A stretch of DNA of 64,000 nucleotides from Lama guanicoe (taxonomy: Eukaryota). The notes beneath the pieces were generated by a model that saw only the letters and a list, made by a program, of their open reading frames with translations, was not told the origin of the DNA and did not search any database. Below are positions 46,830-59,700 of this stretch, piece by piece (positions within the stretch are counted from its first letter, which is position 1; every line of letters begins with the position of its first letter). The DNA lies in contig MU053376.1 of the NCBI GenBank assembly GCA_013239625.1, positions 582,833-646,832 of the forward strand. The letters are read 5' to 3'. Position numbers and translations under genes: made by a program.

Positions 46830-47500
46830 AACTTTGCATATGGTAAAATTCACTTCTTGTGGTGTGTAGTCCAATAAGTCTTAAAAAAATTATTGTATTA
46901 TTTAACCACTGTATTTTGGCAGAGGAAGGGTAATCAAGTTTATTTACTTTAAGAGGAGGTACTCGGGATTGAACCCAGCACCTCAAGCATGTTAAGCATG
47001 CGCTCTACCACTTGAGCTGTACCCTCCTCGCTCCAACTGGTCTGGACAAATGCATAGTTGTGTATGGACCACCACAGACATGATATAGAACAACTCCATG
47101 ACTCCAAAAAATTTCCTTGTCCTGTCCCTCCATGGTCAGTCCCTCTCCTCACCACCAACCCCTGGCGACCACAGATCTGTATTTTGTCTTTATAGTTATA
47201 CCTTTTCCAGAATGTCATATAAATAAATAGAATCATGCAATATGCAGCCTTTTGGATCTGACTTCTTTCACTTAGCAAAATGCGTTTAAGACTGATCCAC
47301 GTTACACGTCAACCCGTAGTTTGTTCCTTTTCATCGTCAAGTAGTATTCCGTGCCATGGAGGTGCCGCTGTTTGTTTATCCATTTGTTGAGTAAAGAACG
47401 TTTGGGTGATTCCAGTTTTGGGTGATTTTGAATAAGCGGCTAAACATCCATGCAGAGCTTTCTGTGTAAACGTGAGTTACCGTTTCTCTATGAGGATTAT
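46830..47500 (-). mobile_element. Old L1 (L1MC-like) 3' region
   Basis: CCTTTTCCAGAATGTCATAT...AGAATCATGCAATATGCAGCCTTTTGG...CTTCTTTCACTTAGCA. Confidence 0.85.
46885..47030 (-). mobile_element. Camelid tRNA-Ala-derived SINE inserted in the L1
   Basis: GGGATTGAACCCAGCACCTCAAGCATGTTAAGCATGCGCTCTACCACTTGAGCTGTACCCTCC. Confidence 0.88.
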
Positions 47501-47509
47501 AGGGTCACA

Positions 47510-47632
47510 TGAATACCAAGACACATTTATGAGTCTTACTGCTTAGAAAATTCCACAGGTTTTAGGAGCTCTGTGCCAGAAACAAGGATGAAGACCAAAT
47601 ATAGATTTCTTATGATAAATCACTGTATCACA
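47510..47632. mobile_element. MER21-like LTR terminus
   Basis: AATTCCACAGGTTTTAGGAGCTCTGTGCCAGAAACAAGGATGAAGACCAAATATA...ATCACA. Confidence 0.7.
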
Positions 47633-49709
47633 GATGGGAACTGGAAAAGGATGGTGGAAGGATCAGAGAGGTGGTCCAGGTATCAAATAATCCATCAGTA
47701 GCTTGAAACCAAAGGTGGTCAAAAGGAGGTAAGTCACCCAGGAAATCACAGAAAGACTTTGAACTTTCCACAAGTCATTACCCTGGGGAAGGGTTGTTGA
47801 GCCAACCTCAGGCAGATCTTCTCCGGAAGCATGAGCCTAAGTGGCATCTGAGGACCCCAGCAGTGAGGTGCATCTCTCTCCCAGGAGCTGGCTGCTTGGC
47901 ACGGCCAGGTGAGGTGGACGCTGCAGGCTGGGCTAGAAGCCAAGCTGACTCATCGGCCCCAGGGTGAGCGTCCGAGGAGAGGTTGGTTTGTTTGCTCTCA
48001 CGGTGAACCCTGATGCAGTCACAGCACCAAGGTGTCCCAGTGCTTTGACTGCTCTCTCCCTGGGCTCCTCATGGAGATTGACAGGATCTAGCAACCCAGG
48101 TAATTCTATTGTCAGTTTCAGCAGCCTCCTGTACCTCATCAGACAAAAGCAGAGAGAAATGAGCAAAGAAGGATGTCAGCTCCAGAGCTGAGGGGGCCTG
48201 TTAGAGCAAGCAGTTTTCAGAGACGACAAGGTAGTGAGGAATTTATCTGGGCCTTCCAAGCAGCCTTTCTAGGCCCTTCGCGACAAAGCACTGCAGAGCG
48301 GAGCCAGTGTGGACTGGTCGGGTCCCGCTGCAGGCCCTGCTCATTGAGGGAGGAAATGAAGGGAGGCCAAGAAAGACTGTATTGTCCGACCCTGGGGTCA
48401 GAGACTCCTGCTGGTGGTGGGACCTACCAGGGAGGTGTCTCCGGGTGGCCTGGGTGTGAGCAGCCAAGTAGATACAGTGTTAGGAGTCCAAGCCTTATTT
48501 GATTTATCTGGACCTTTAGGATTTCACTCAGGATGGATAAATTGTAATAGACTATGGAACAGGGCATCCTGGGCCTATAGGAAAATAGGAACCCGTTACT
48601 GTCCCACACTAACATCCTGTCCCCAGCCCTGGCCAGAAGCACATGCAGACTCACACAGATACACACGTCACACACTCAACACTCACATGCAGAGCCTCGT
48701 GTACAAATGCACACAGAACACTAGACCAAATACCTAGGCTCAAATTGCACGTACATACAACATATACAGGTTCATGCGAAAAGCATTCGTCTACAGAGTT
48801 TTATTCTGTGGCTTATGGCATCAGCCTCTTTGCCATCTATTTACATCTCGGATGTACGGAACTTACACGCGCTTTCACACCCACCCACCATTCTCACAAT
48901 GCACAGCACACACTCAAACACCCATGGCACAAATGTACTCACATACACACAAACACACGTGCCTCTTCCATTTTCACCGTGCACGAAGGCTCCTGACCAG
49001 ACCTGGCCACTCCGATGCCGGCCCACACTCCACATGTGGACACCCACGTCCTCACACTCTCTCCACACAGATCAGCAGAGCCACCTCCCTCCTGTCATTG
49101 ACATGCATCACCTGTCCTGTCCTTAGTTCCTTGCACTTGGCTTCGACTGGGTTGAATGCCAGAGTCTGCCTGGCGCCAAGCCCAGAGCAGCAGTCCAGAA
49201 GCAGCTGTCCTGTGGGAATGAGTCTCCCTGAGCCTGGGGTGGATGCCTGCCAACTCTGGTAGGGCCATCAGGAAAGCAGCCCTGGAGGCCGGGCATGAGT
49301 CCGCACGTGGCACCTGCTTCCCATCCCTCCTTTCTCCTCCTGGACATTTGGGGGTATTTCAGAGCTTCTCCAAACGAGAAGCATGAGTGGGGCCCAAAAG
49401 AGACACCAGCTTGGAGAACCCGAGGTGGAGTCTGGGCTGCTGCCTCTCCCGTCAGCCTTGCTTCTGCATCCCTGCAGCCCATGGTCCAGAACCTGCCTAG
49501 GACAATGCATTTCAGCTGATAAATATGAATGTATGTCAGCCTGGGAAACGACCAACACTGCTCTGTGTCGCAGGGCTATCTGTACATTATAAAGAGACAC
49601 GCAAAAAGGAGGAATTTTTGAGGTTATTATGACCAACACCAGGTAACCAGATCATTTTCTTCCCCAGTTCACCGCACCTTGCGCTATCTGTCATGAAGTC
49701 ATAGTCACC

Positions 49710-49920
49710 ATTATTTGAACGTCTGCTATGTTCCAGGTACTATACTAAATATTTCATAAACATCTCATTTAATCTGCACAACATCCTTGTTCAATGAATA
49801 TCACTGTCCCCATTTTACAGTCAGGAATCTGAGGTTTGAGAGGCTGAGTAGCTTGGCCAAGGTCACACGGCTAATAAACAGCAAAGACAGGATTTGAACT
49901 CAGGTTGTTGCTTCCCCAGC
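49710..49920 (-). mobile_element. MIR SINE
   Basis: ATCTCATTTAATC...CCCCATTTTACAG...CCAAGGTCACACGGCTA...GGATTTGAACTCAGG. Confidence 0.8.
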
Positions 49921-51339
49921 CCGTGCCTTACCCTCCCCACCAAGCCTTATGATCACCAGTCACAGAATGTAAATTCCATTCACATACCCATTAGCTAAGT
50001 CTAAGCCCCTCTTTCTGTCTACATTCATCTCTCAGGCTTAAACTCTAAGCCAGATTATAGATGGCAGGGGCTGCATTTATTGAATTCATTTCATAGCACT
50101 CAGCGCACTTCCAGGGATATATAGTAGATTACTTTTAAAAATAAATAATGGTTCTGTGAATTTCAAATTGCGTCTGGAGTTAAGAGACCAAGTTCTACCT
50201 CTGTTTTTAGAAAAGAACAAACTTCAGAGAGACTTGGGCATGATTCCGGCACCATCACTTGCAAGCAAATGCAACTTTGCCCTTGGCATTTCCTCCCTCT
50301 GGCCTCAGTTTCCTCGTTTGTAAAATGAAGTACGAGATGTGGTGATCTCTTGGGTTCCTTCCAAACAGGACTTTCCAAGAGCCTACTGTGTCACAAGATA
50401 CAGATGGAAGCAATGATCTAAAATCACTTCACGTGCTTAGACGGCAGACTACCTCCTGAATACCGTCTCCTGCCTCCTCCTGTGCACCTTCTTGGCTGAT
50501 GGCTCCTTCAGGAGTCCAGATGCAAGGTCCTTTCACTGGAGAAGGAAGGTGCCCTCTGACAGCCTGCCTGACAAGACTGGGAGCTTCCCAAAGCCACAGT
50601 CAGTCACCCCAGCCAGGTGCCCAACACTTCATGTGTTGAACATTCCCCGTGTTCTTAATGAGTCTGTGTTATAAGGAAAAATGGTCCAGAGAGATGACTG
50701 ACGGGCTGTGAGAAAGAGGGCTGCAGACAGACAGATGATTTGAGGACATGGGTGTTCAGATTCTCCTGGGTGGCAAAGCCTCCAGGCACCTATTGGCAAA
50801 TGGGGAGGGAGACAGGTCCTCACTGATGGGAAGACAACAGCCATGCAGGTTCACCCCACACATCCATTTCCTGCCATCAGCACATGATTGGTAAAACAGT
50901 ATCAGTGTCCTACAAAGAGCTAGTCTGGGAGAAGGGGTCAGGATTCTAGACCTGACTCGGAGGCACTGGTTGACTTCCAGTGAGTCACTCACATCTCTGA
51001 GCCTCAGTGTCCCCAACTTTATGCAGCTACATTCTTCCAGGCCTCACCATTCTGGAGGTACAACCAAAGAATAATGGTGCAGGCACTAAGGCTCTAGGTT
51101 TCCCCAGGGGAAATACTGGAGACTTGGTTTCCAAATACTCCTCTTCTGGTTCAAAGTCTTCTTGGGAGAAGAAAGAAAGTGGCCAGGACCCTCTTCTTCT
51201 ATACTCATGGCATTCGCCCTCTGTTCTCTGTCATTCACTCACTCACTCATTCCCCCTTTTGTGAATCTCCTGTAATTGGAAGCTCTGATCCCAGCAAACG
51301 TGCAGGTAAATGTTTCACCCCAGCATTGAGGTGAGGGGC

Positions 51340-51670
51340 ATGCCTGGTTTGTAGGGCTTGCCAATTGCCAAGGTGTAAATGCTCCCACCAAAGTTAATTT
51401 CAAGATACCAAATGTAACATCACTGAATGCAAAGCCAGGAAGAGATGGGCAGAAGTGCACCATTCTATAGTGTTTTCATATGCAGATACCCTAGACACAA
51501 GTAACCACGAAAGCAGAGAGAGTAATAAAATGTAGTAAAATAATTAGGAAGTGAGGAATTCTGAGTATTTCTTGCCTTTCCTTTTATAATTTATTTAATT
51601 TTAACTTTATGTAATTTGCTTTTTAGTAATGGGCATCTTTTAACAGCTGACTCACAATGTGCCTGAAAAA
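51340..51670. mobile_element. hAT-Blackjack relic (MER63-like)
   Basis: GGTGTAAATGCTCCCACCA...ATTTCAAG...CATCACTGAATGC...GGAAGAGATG...AAATGTAGTAAAATAATTAGGAAGTGA. Confidence 0.7.
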
Positions 51671-52020
51671 TGCATGGTCCTCCCTCCCACTTCCGTCCTT
51701 CTCAGACACGCCAGGATTTGCAGAGGTCCGTAGCTGCCCTTGCTGTGGGAGCCTTGGATGAATTAGGGGCGTTGACTTCTGCATGCCTGTTCTGTCTCCT
51801 TCTTTAATCTCAGTTTCCTTGTCTGTCATATAAAACATTCCTCCCAGACCCTCCCTCCTCTGTTGGGATGGTGTTGAGAGACATGAGGTCAGGGCAGTAG
51901 TGACACCTTGCATCTTATGAAACCTTACAGTTTACTAAGCCCAAATTTCATATTAATTCTCACAATTCTGTGAAGTGAAGCAGATGGAGCAGTGAAGTTA
52001 GTGGCTGGACCATTTCACAT

Positions 52021-52642
52021 CAGGTCAGCAAACTTTTTCTGCAGAGGTCTAGAGAGTAAATGTTTTAGCCTTTGCAAGCCATATGGTCTCTGTGTAACTG
52101 ATTCTGCTGCTATGGGCTGAAAGCAGCCATAGACAATGGGTAAAAACATTAGAGCAGCTGTGTTCCAGTAAACTTTACCTAGGGACGATGACATTTGAAT
52201 TTCATGTGTAACGAATTCTTCTTCTTTTTTTTGTTTCTTTTTTTCCATTTTTTCCAGTTTTATTATGTAGAATTATTACAGTTCAGCTGCACATGCACAT
52301 TATATTGCATATAAATATGTATACACAGTATACTGCACTTTTTTTAGTTTTCATATATATACTAATTATTGTTTCAAAGAACAGACTAGATCTTTAACTT
52401 TTTAAACTTACATAGTCATCAAAGGAATAAAGCCAACCACAAAATAAGAATCAACAGAACGCAGAAATCCAATCATAAAGGACAGTCAAATGTGCTTACA
52501 CATATTCAAGAAATCAAAATAATATTCTTCTTCTTTTGATTTTTTTAACCATTTAAAAATATAAAAATCATTCTTAACTCCCAGGCTATGTAAAAACAAG
52601 TCATAGGCAGAATCTGATCTGCCAGTAGTAGTTTAGCATCCT
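52021..52642. mobile_element. MER58B-like hAT-Charlie element split by a retrocopy
   Basis: GTCAGCAAACTTTTTCTG...AAAGCAGCCATAGACAAT...TGTGTTCCAGTAAACTTTA; resumes at 52524 with TTCTTTTGATTTTTTTAACCATTTAAAAAT. Confidence 0.8.
52229..52523 (-). pseudogene. 5'-truncated retrocopy of an mRNA 3'UTR end (parent gene unidentified)
   Basis: On the minus strand, AT-rich non-TE sequence ends ...CTACATAATAAAACTGGAAAAAATGG plus an A-rich tail. AATAAA at 52264-52259. 14-bp TSD ATTCTTCTTCTTTT at 52215-52228 and 52524-52537. Confidence 0.75.
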
Positions 52643-52797
52643 TAACAGAAGCAGAAATTAAGCTTCAAAGAGAATATGACTCATTGAAGTTGATATAAAT
52701 GGGCAGAGTTGGGACTGGCTTGGTTTGGACTCTGTTAAACATTCCACTAAACCAACCTGTCACCAAAAGGAGCCAGTCTTGCTCTTTAATACATCTT

Positions 52798-52822
52798 TGG
52801 GGGGAGGGTAGTAATTAGGTAT

Positions 52823-52857
<35 letters not shown>

Positions 52858-52942
52858 TTCTTTAATGGAGGTACTGGAGAAAACCCAGGACCACATGCAT
52901 GCTAAGCACACACTCTACCACTGAGCTATACCCTTCCCTCAC
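52798..52942 (-). mobile_element. Camelid tRNA-Ala-derived SINE with (TAAA)n tail
   Basis: Perfect 14-bp TSD CTTTAATACATCTT at 52784-52797 and 52943-52956. B box damaged. Confidence 0.9.
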
Positions 52943-53399
52943 CTTTAATACATCTTGAAGGACCTGGGGGCGAATTTTCCACTGTGGAATTCTCTGTAAT
53001 CCCTGGGGGGTTGAAGAGCATCTTTCCTCACTGTGCTTTTCTGACTCTTTAACTGTCCTGGGCCCTCCTATGCATCAAAGTCAATCAGAAGAGGTTCGGG
53101 GACAATGCATAGTTACAAGCCACTTGTAACCCTGCTCCCCTTCAGTTATGGCAGAAAATAAAGAACCCACTGTTTTTACAACTGCTGATTTTATGACTGT
53201 CCTATTTCCTCCCAGGCATCCTAAATTTTCACAAAGCAGGACTCCCTCTCTGTTCAAATATTGCGTATTCTCAAGTGTGTGGTCGAGGACTCTTGTTGTA
53301 GGAAGAACTCAGTGACTAATGGCTAAACTCCCTCAAGCCATGGTGATGCGTACCAAGAGATCAGTGCCACCCACCTGTCTGATTTATTCTCCCGCTGAT

Positions 53400-53645
53400 T
53401 GTACTATTATGAAAAATTTAAAACATCCAGAAGAGCTTGAAGAATTGCATAGTGAACACCTACCACCTAGATTCTATAACTAACATTTTGCTGCATTTGT
53501 TTGATCACAGATCTGTCCATCTATCCATCCATCTGTCTGTCCTTATGCTTCAGACACATTTCGGTGTAGGTTGCAGACACTGGTACACTTAAATTCTAAA
53601 CATTGTATCATCTTATCATTAACTAGAGTGCAGTATTTGTTTGTG
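53400..53645 (-). mobile_element. Old L1 3' end (L1MC/ME-like)
   Basis: TATTATGAAAAATTTAAAACATCCAGAA...ACCACCTAGATTCTA...TAACATTTTGC...GTTGCAGACA. Confidence 0.7.
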
Positions 53646-55707
53646 CTTATTTATTTATTTATGGCCTGGTATACATTTTAGAGGCTCTGGAAGGCACCTC
53701 CAGAAAACAGGTCCCCATTACACTGGCGCCCTGATGACTTCATTTGGGCATTTCTTTCCCTGACTTTATCAGGGCTTTGATAATGCAGATACCTTTGGTG
53801 AAGAGAACTCAACTGCACCCAGTGGTGGCTGGAGTAGTGGAAACAGCCTTTGGCCAGGTCAGGCTTTGCATCCTCACTCCATCACTCAGTAGTTGCATGT
53901 TCCTGAACAGAAAAAAAAAAATTTTTTTTTAATCTCTCCCAGCCTCTTCACATGTAAAATGTGGTTAATAACAACTACCTTAAGATAACAATGGTGAGGA
54001 TCACAAATTGTGTTTGTGAATTACCGGGTAAATGACAGTGTGGTAGGAAAACCAGATTGAGAAACTATGTCACAAAAAAGTGAGCGCTCTGTCCGACTTC
54101 ACCCCGAATCCACCCCAGGAAGATCATCCAAGCTTTGAATACTAGGATTTAGGCTCTTCTTACCCTTTGGTGAGAGCTAACCACTTCTTTGTGCCTCTAC
54201 TCTAATTTTAAAACAGAAAACAAAAGAAGATCTACCTGCAAATTACCAAAGCCGTGGCTGGGACAGAGTTGGCTCCAAGGGGAGGAGAGAGAGGCTGCTG
54301 CTTGGACTGCAATGGGGGTTGGGGGAGTGCTTTGAACCCCAGGGGAGAGTGAGAAAGAGGGAGGACTGGGCAGGTTCTGTAAGCGGTGGAGACCTGCCCT
54401 CCACACCCACACAGCTACCCAGGACACAGCTGGCCCTCTTACAGGGCCTGGAGCACTAAGGCCAAGTCGGCGTGGAGGGACTGGACCCCAAGAGCAGCCC
54501 TCACCTCCTTGAAGGGACCCTACAGGTTTGGACAATGGGCAGAAGCCTTTCCCCAAGTTTTCTGAGTTGAGTAAGTACCCTAAACACCCGAACCACCTTA
54601 GAGAGGGGAAGGGGTTACCCCGAGCAGAGTGGAATGTCCCACCAGCTAGGTAGGTAGCATCTCAGAGTTATATTTAATTTAGAAAATTCACAATTTATCC
54701 TCGCAATGTTCTTTCCTTCTTTTTTCTTCCAGAAAGCCGGTGTCTTGAGAGATGTGCCAATAAGAAATGGTTCCATGGCAGAAAGGGAGCTGGGGACTCT
54801 GGAGGGCTTCTTCTCCTCTGGCACGTTTCTGGTCAGAAACAGACCTGAGAGGTCCTGGGAAGACTCTTGTGGGCACAAGAGATCCCACTCCCATCTGTGG
54901 GCAGGAAGAGGGTCCAAGGGAGGGGCCGAGGGAGCTAAGGGGAAGCGGCCAGAAGACGGGCACCTGGAATCCCTTCACCTTCTATCCCAGGACCTGGCAG
55001 GCTCTTCTGCTCCCACTTGTCTCCCAAGCTGCTTCTTCCTGTAGCTTGTCTGCTGGAGAGTGAAAAGACAAATAGAGCGTGGGAAAAATTCAGCAAAAAT
55101 AATTACACGTTCCAACAAATCAATCAGAACTGTATAAACAGCCTCAGGCAGGTGGCGAGTCAGGGACGTTCAGCTCTACACCCGCCCCCAACCCCGCGGC
55201 AGCTCCAGTGCGAGTCCCCAGGACGCGGGACCAGAAAGAGTCCTGGATGCGATGTCTGAGGATCCGGGTGTGAGTGCCAAGGCCATCCTAACCAGCTGTG
55301 TGAATCCGGGCAGCCCACTGCACCCCTCCTAGTCTCCATTGCTTCACCTAGACTGAGATCCGAATTGTATCTACTACTCAGTGTCCCTCATGGCTTGCAG
55401 GAGACAAATCTCACAGGATCTGGTAGATGCAAAAGTGCTTCAGATAATCTCTTGAATCCACCCACTTGTCTCCATCTCTATCAGTGCCTCCTTGACCCAG
55501 CTCCCACCACCTTTCATCCAGCCGCTGCCATAGCCCTTACCGACTGGCTTGTATCCACTCCAGCCCCACTTCTAAACTCTTTAGTGAGCTTCCAGCCAGC
55601 TTGATCTTCTAGAATCCAAAGTCTGACTATGTACCCAGGGTTGTCTAATCCCTGAGCACTGCAGGGAAAAGTGGGACCAAGGGTTGCAAGGCTAAAGGTT
55701 TGGATTA

Positions 55708-55731
55708 AGAGAGAGAGAGAGAGAGAGAGAG
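55708..55731. repeat. (AG)12 microsatellite
   Basis: Read directly from the sequence. Confidence 0.95.
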
Positions 55732-56693
55732 CGCTGGAGAGGAGGACGGAAACGAGGCTGGACAATTCAACAGTGCAGGGAATGCGTGATGGGAAGAACA
55801 TGGAGTGTTCTGTGCTTGGTGTGGTGAGAGGGTTTCAGGGGTCCTGCCCTTGTGTTGTTTAACAACTATGGGGGAAGACAGTTTACAAACGTAAAACACA
55901 AAGAGAGCGCAATCAAATGCCAAGTGGTGTGCTTCTAATTGTAAAATATTTCTGTTTGCTGCTGAAGCCCAGGGATGCTCATGGTGAAGGCCGGACTTGA
56001 GACGAGACCTTTGAGAGCGAGCTGGGTTACAATGGAGAAGGGTGGGCTTTTGAACGAGGGGATCAGATTGGGCTACACTTGGGCAGAAGGGGACACAGCC
56101 ATGTGGGGAACACGTGATGGGGAGAAGGGCCCCGGCACGTGAACGAGCTGGCTGGACTCTATGGGACAGCTGGCTGGGGAGGGGAGTCAGGTGAAGCTGG
56201 ACTTCAAAGTCTAGCCTGAGGAGATGAGATCTAATTTAGACTAAATGTGGACAATCTGATGAATTATTGAATGGCTCAACGGATAATTTCATAGCTCAGA
56301 AGTGGAGGAAGCAAGAGAGAAACTCACTGCTCAGGACTTAACTCTGACTGGCCCCAGGGGATGCTTGTTGGCCATTAAGTGACCAGGAACCTAGAGAAAG
56401 TGACTGTCATCCTGGAGTGGTGACAGGAGGCCAGGGCCGTGGTGGTGACAGCAGGCTAGGGCACGCTGGCACGGCCGGCATCGGTGCTAAGTTTGAGGAA
56501 AGGGCATTTGAAAAGCCCTCCTTGGGACAACAGAGGGGTCGTCGCCTAGTCAGAGCTCAGGAATGGTGGTAGAGATAGTGGTTGCTGGGAGGGGTGGCCG
56601 AGGTTCACAGAAGATCAGGGCTCTGAAAGCGGAAACCTGCAAGACAGTCATAAATAATTCTAAAGAGAGAAGGCATTGGCTCTTTCTCAACAC

Positions 56694-56732
56694 CACACAC
56701 ACACACACACACACACACACTCTCTCTCTCTC
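56694..56732. repeat. Compound (CA)n(CT)n microsatellite
   Basis: Read directly from the sequence. Confidence 0.95.
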
Positions 56733-57689
56733 ACGCCCGCATTAGGCATCCAGGCAGTTAATTCTTCCAGACACACCACTGAGAGCGCCAGGAGCCTTGT
56801 ACCCTTGAAATGGGCTGGTGTCACAAGGCTCATTTCAGAATCCCTGCGGGAGTCCGTAAGGACAGGGATTTCCTCTCCCTCAGCCTCTGCAGGAGGCTCT
56901 GGGCCTCCCTGCCTCTGACTCCCAGGCCTCCTCCCACTGTCAGGGGTCTCTGGCCATGCCCCCCTCTCTGGGTTCCCCTCCAGCCTCCTGACCTGACAAA
57001 GGCCCTCGCCTCGTGCTCCCCCCAGCATTAGCCCAAACAGCTCAGAGGGAAGTAGGGGCAGCATTCCATGCCCCCACCCCAGTGTTATAAAGGGGCTTCC
57101 GGGGCAGCTCCTGGTACAGGGCAGGCGCATCAGGCCGAGCGACGCCCTTACTGCATGCTTGCCCTGTGCCATCACTCTGGGCCCTCGGGGTGTGCTAGTG
57201 AGCAGAAGCCGGGAGAATTCCCACACCCGTCAGGCCTCCATTCCCAGGAGGGGAGAAGGGCTACAGTGACACGCAGCAAATCGTGTGGCGCATTAGAGGG
57301 TGACCCGTGCTACAGGGAACATAGAGCAGAGCGGGGTTGGGGGTGCACTGCAGTTTTAAACAGGGCGGTCAGGGCAGGCCTTCTTGGGAAGCTAGCATTT
57401 GAGCAAAAACTTGAAGACAGGAAGGAGGAGGACTGCAGGCAGTGGAAACTACTAGAGCCGAGGCCCTGAGGTGGGAGGGGCTTGGCCTGTTGGAGAAACA
57501 GCCTGAAGAGGAGAGGAGGAGCAGGGCGGGAGGTGGGCAGACGTGTGGACTTCGACATGAATGAACAGCTGGATTCAGGCCTCGGATCAAATGTCACCCA
57601 AACCCGAGGTCCACCTTTGACCTCTATGCTCCATCCTTTCACCCGGCTTTGCTGTCAGCACTGCTCCTGCTACAGAAGGCAGGGCCAAG

Positions 57690-58037
57690 AGAACCCCGAA
57701 TTCCCTGAAGGGTTTCAGCAAAGCATATTTAAAGGCCAGGTAAGGGAGGGGGGGTCGCAGGGTCGTGATCAGCTCCTGTACCATCCTCTGATTGGTTGAT
57801 GTCGATGTAACAGGGTGGTTAACACCATCAACCCCCAGGCGCCAGAAGGTCTGGGGTCACTCGATCTCAATTAGCAAGTAGTTAATTTCTTCCCTTTGGT
57901 GGTGGTTTTAAGCATCTGAAAAACTGAGGAAATAAATATACATGAGATGCTGTTACCTGGGTATTTCAGAGAGGAGCTGCAGAGGATGCGGGGCAGGGCC
58001 TGACCCTGGGAGGCACCCCGGGGTCCTGCTTGCTCAC
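57690..58037. mobile_element. ERV1-class LTR fragment
   Basis: CCCCGAATTCCCTGAAGGGTTTCAGCAAAGCATATTTAAAGG...GTGATCAGCTC...TCTGATTGGTTGATG...GGTCCTGCTTGCTCACA, typical of laurasiatherian ERV1 LTRs. Confidence 0.65.
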
Positions 58038-59389
58038 ACTCCTACCACCCAGCAGCATGTGGTGTATTTGTTTTTCATCGTCTGCCTCCCTGAGAGGGGA
58101 TGGAAGCTTCCGGAAGGCAGGAGCTTTGCCTGGATGTTCTGCTCTGTCCGCAGGGTCTGGTTCATGGTAGGGGCTCTATCAGCATTGCCTGATGTCAGAA
58201 GCGCTTGTGAGTGTGACAAGGACAGGGTACCTTTCATACCAGAGGCTGCTGAGAAGCCTGCAAAGGCAGCTCTTCATTCCCTGAACTGCAGGGAACGTTC
58301 TGACGCACGCGGGCTCCTGTCGTCTGGCCGGGAGGACCGTAGCGGTGTGCCACGGGGCTCTTTCGTTGGCCTGGATTGCTTGAGGGTAGGGGTGAGCAGC
58401 ACGGGCAGGGTCCCCTGTAAGCACTGTCCTGAGATCTTCCTCGTAGGCAGGCAAATATTTCGCTTTCATTTATTCAACAACAATTTGTTCGGCAGCTGCA
58501 CTAGGCCAATCGCAGTGCTTCTGGACTTTGGTTGGGTGGAGAAGGAGGGAGCAGTTGGAGTGATGCCACCCTAGCCCTTATCAGGAGCCCCGGGACCAGC
58601 CTTCACCGTGCAGATGGGTGGAGAACACCAGACGCACGGCAGGCCCTGGGAATGCAAAGCTAAACAGCACCGTACCTGCATTCAACAAGCGGCTGACAGT
58701 CCAGTGGGTGTGAGAGCCGTGTAAACCAGCATCTGCGAATCCACAGCGCTAAACACAGCGACGACGCGGACAGAGAACACCAGGAAGGCCCAGCAGCGGG
58801 GCCTGCACTGAGCTGAAGGTGGGTGTTGCATCAGCCTGCAGTCTCGTCTGAAGTGCACCCAAATCCTTGTCCTGCTGATCCTGGAGAAAGGAAGTGACTT
58901 GTGGGTTAAGCACCGTGCTCCGCTGGTGGCCATAATTAGTATTCCTGAGAGAGTAACTAACACAATTCTAACATGCAATTCATGCCGTCACCTTCCTACC
59001 CATGAGGAGACTAGACCACCAGAGGGGAGTTGATGGAGAGAAAGGAGTGGGTGCGGGACCCTCCCCTCCCAGTTCTCTGTCCCCTGTCTCCTTTTGGTGG
59101 TCTCCATTTTTAGGTGCCAAAGCTTTCAGGCTCTCTTGGGGAGTTCTCTCTAGTCCTAGAGAGAAAGATTTGATAAACACACTAATTAACACACTTACTC
59201 TAATAGGCTCATATCTGGGCGCTCCTCCCGCTATGCTTTCTTCTCTCCCTAGCTGCATCCACTGGGTTCCATTAATTAAAAGTTCCATCTCCATACAGGT
59301 GACGGGTCTTCCTGAACCCCTTCCTCACCCCCTGTCTCTGAAGCCAGCTCTTACCGCCCATGTACTGGCTAACAACAGGACCTGATAAA

Positions 59390-59700
59390 TACAGGGTTTC
59401 TTGATTTTAGTATGAATTGGACAAAGGCTCCCACGGTTATCTTTGTGGATAAACTAGAGAAATAAATTAGATAACAGTATATTAGATAGGGACTTTTGGA
59501 GTTTAATAGCCAAAAAGAGTGTTGACTATTGTCATCACAGAGGTAAACAATGGGGCTTTTTCATTGACCTTGACTTTTTTAATATTTTAATCAGTGGCTT
59601 GGATAAAGACTGAATAGCATAAAGTTTAGAGGGAAAGATAATACAAAAATCAGCAAAATGAGGTGTGTAAACACAGACGAGAGACAAACCAGATTGCTGG
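59390..59700 (+). mobile_element. L3/CR1 remnant (RT region)
   Basis: Frameshifted translation FLDFS..DKGSH..IFVDKLEK matches the CR1 RT motif YLDFSKAFDKVSHDILVDKL. Confidence 0.6.

Noticed and set aside
48640..49080. CA-rich stretch giving His/Thr-rich ORFs
   Set aside because: Decayed (CA)n-type low-complexity sequence.
1864..52942. Eight tRNA-Ala-like sequences as tRNA genes
   Set aside because: They have shared A-rich tails, TSDs where checked, disrupted acceptor stems and scattered divergence, so they are SINE heads.
58140..58160. Possible REST/RE1 site
   Set aside because: Only the CTGTCC half matches; too many mismatches in the other half.
57942..58574. 210-aa ORF
   Set aside because: Starts in an LTR fragment and crosses an L2-like tail; no splice or domain support.
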